Source: Neoechinorhynchus agilis
Taxonomy: Eukaryota; Animalia; Acanthocephala
Assembly (NCBI GenBank): GCA_051530055.1
Contig: CM121341.1
Coordinates: 16,594,784 to 16,658,783 of the forward strand
Direction of reading: 5' to 3'
DNA: 64,000 bases
The position numbers were made by a program, and so were the translations under genes. Below the pieces are notes generated by a model that was not told the origin of the DNA, ran no database searches, and was given only the letters and a program-made list of their open reading frames with translations. This document shows positions 62,269 through 64,000 of the stretch, piece after piece (the stretch's first letter is position 1; every line of letters begins with the position of its first letter).

Positions 62269-63255
62269 ATGGAGGAGTTCAATGTCGGGGGTCCTGGATC
62301 TGCTTTTCATAAAGTCGAAACTGACGAAAAAGGGAGAAAGATGCACTCAATGAATCGTTTTGGTGGAATGTCAGGCGGCGTTGGATGGAACCCTGCGCCG
62401 ACAATGGGGATGATGGGCTCCGGTATGAACACTGGAATGAACAGTGCTCTCATGGGCAGTCAAATGAATAGCGGTCTAGGTAGCTTTAGAGGGTTAAATG
62501 CACTTAATGGTGGTGGTGGTAGGTTTGCGATTGCAGGTGGGGGATTGTGTGGTGGAATGGGTATTAGTGGAATGGGTATTGGTGGAACGGGTCAAGGAAT
62601 GAACATGGGCTGCATGAATGGAATGAATATGATGCCCATCACCGGAGGTGGGTGGTCACCGTCTAATCAGAATCCATGGGCGAATCGTTCAGCGGGAGGA
62701 ATGATGGGAGCTATACCTCAATGGAAACCATCAACCGGTAATCCGTTTATGGGCAACGATATGATGAACAGACAATGGCTTCCGTCATCTCGTACAGACC
62801 CATTCATGAACTCGTCTTCAATGCCAAAATTTGTTGGCGGTGGACCTGCCACCCCAATACCGACTTGCTTACTGAATGGTGCAGTAAGGCCATCAACCCC
62901 GTTTCCCAACTATTTTGGGGGAATGAAACGTTGTGACTATAATAATATGATGAGAAGTATGGGAAACCTTGCTTCGGAATGCAGGCCAAATAACCACTGG
63001 TCGCAAGCGCGAATGAGATCTCGTGCTCGAAGTTATAGTCCTCAATACTTCAATGGGTATTCAAGACGTGGTCAAGGAGGATTCGGTGGTTATCCCACGA
63101 AACCTCCTTACCCCCGCATGCCCGATCAATCATATGCAATGAAACCTTCAAAACATCGTAGACATAATCGTAATCCATGCGGAAATAATGGCTCTAACTT
63201 TGTTAATGACAACTTCCAAGTCATGTATAATCCAGGAGATAATTCAGATTATTAA
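62269..63255 (+). CDS. Gly/Met/Asn-rich low-complexity protein, 328 aa, no globular domain seen
   Basis: Uninterrupted ATG-TAA ORF with compositional bias typical of prion-like domains. Confidence 0.75.
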   Translation: MEEFNVGGPGSAFHKVETDEKGRKMHSMNRFGGMSGGVGWNPAPTMGMMGSGMNTGMNSALMGSQMNSGLGSFRGLNALNGGGGRFAIAGGGLCGGMGISGMGIGGTGQGMNMGCMNGMNMMPITGGGWSPSNQNPWANRSAGGMMGAIPQWKPSTGNPFMGNDMMNRQWLPSSRTDPFMNSSSMPKFVGGGPATPIPTCLLNGAVRPSTPFPNYFGGMKRCDYNNMMRSMGNLASECRPNNHWSQARMRSRARSYSPQYFNGYSRRGQGGFGGYPTKPPYPRMPDQSYAMKPSKHRRHNRNPCGNNGSNFVNDNFQVMYNPGDNSDY

Positions 63256-63272
63256 ATTAAAGAAACTTATGA

Positions 63273-64000
63273 TTAATGTTTCCGTTCTATATCGCATACT
63301 TTCTGACTAAACTCGCATAGCTGCCTTGCAAACTGTGTGTCATTTTCTTCTCCATTGAACACATCATTCCATTTTTCGAGTCTACCGCCGCATCCAGTGA
63401 ACAAACAACCCGTAGAATTAGTCGACTCGTTAAGAAGACAGTGAGCCACCGTTTCACCAACATACTCAGCTGAATTGAACAACACCCATCCAACGCATTT
63501 CCAAGCCATAAAAACAAACGGGTTTGGGCCACAGTGACGACGGTGCATTTCGGTTATAACTATACCTGGGTGAAGAGCGTTCACACGAATACCCTCCATC
63601 GCCCGGCTCATGTGCCTTGTCGCGAGATTAAGTGCGTGCTTGCTCCTAGCGTACGCTTCTTGGCTACTGAACTCACTATCTGCAAAATTGATGTCGGCCA
63701 AATCAAAGGAGGCGCACCGACTGCTCAGGGTAGATGTAATATTCAATATGGACGGCTTTCGTTGGGATCTACGTAGCATCGTTTCGAATAACCTCGTCAA
63801 CATGTGAACTCAATGAATCTCCAATGAACGAGATTCACTGATTTTAAGGAGCAAGGTAATTCACTTGGAAATGATACTCAAAACCGTCGTCCGTCATACG
63901 CATCTTTTCATTTCGAGGACCGAAATATCCTGCTAGATTAAGTAAACAATCTAAAGAATTCTCAGTCTCCTCCACCTTCTTAAACAACCCACGAATACTT
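63273..64000 (-). CDS. Retinol-dehydrogenase-like (RDH11-14 type) SDR, 5' partial, with an anomalous junction at 63809-63845
   Basis: SIRGLF...LDCLLNLAG...TDDGFEYHFQVNYLAP, then a stop and frameshift, then MLTRL...ILNITS...AYARSK...VNALHPGIVITEM. Confidence 0.8.

Overview
Eukaryotic, animal-like DNA from a very compact genome (most introns 41-53 nt); the species cannot be identified from sequence alone. Three zones. (1) 1-28 kb is gene-dense: RPL18A head-to-head with a 7-exon PIGC, a secreted orphan ORF, TDP2, glycogenin, UBC9/UBE2I, PUS3, a divergent FoxO-like gene and a ubiquitin-like gene, mixed with decayed CRE-type non-LTR retrotransposons, a Penelope GIY-YIG fragment, palindromic MITE-like elements and minimal hammerhead motifs. 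(2) About 28.16-57.57 kb is a single 191-bp CpG-rich tandem satellite (about 154 monomers) with multi-scale higher-order duplications. (3) 57.6-64 kb holds a Helitron helicase scrap, an AIMP2-like GST-fold gene, a Gly/Met/Asn-rich low-complexity ORF and a partial RDH-type SDR. The strongest leads concern RNA processing. Two conserved genes (TDP2 and the SDR) can only be made intact through non-GT/GC junctions, and both junctions coincide with inverted repeats. Most start codons sit right behind an AG acceptor, a signature of spliced-leader trans-splicing. UBC9 appears to be nested antisense in a glycogenin intron. All gene models were built by hand translation; none has been checked against transcripts or databases.
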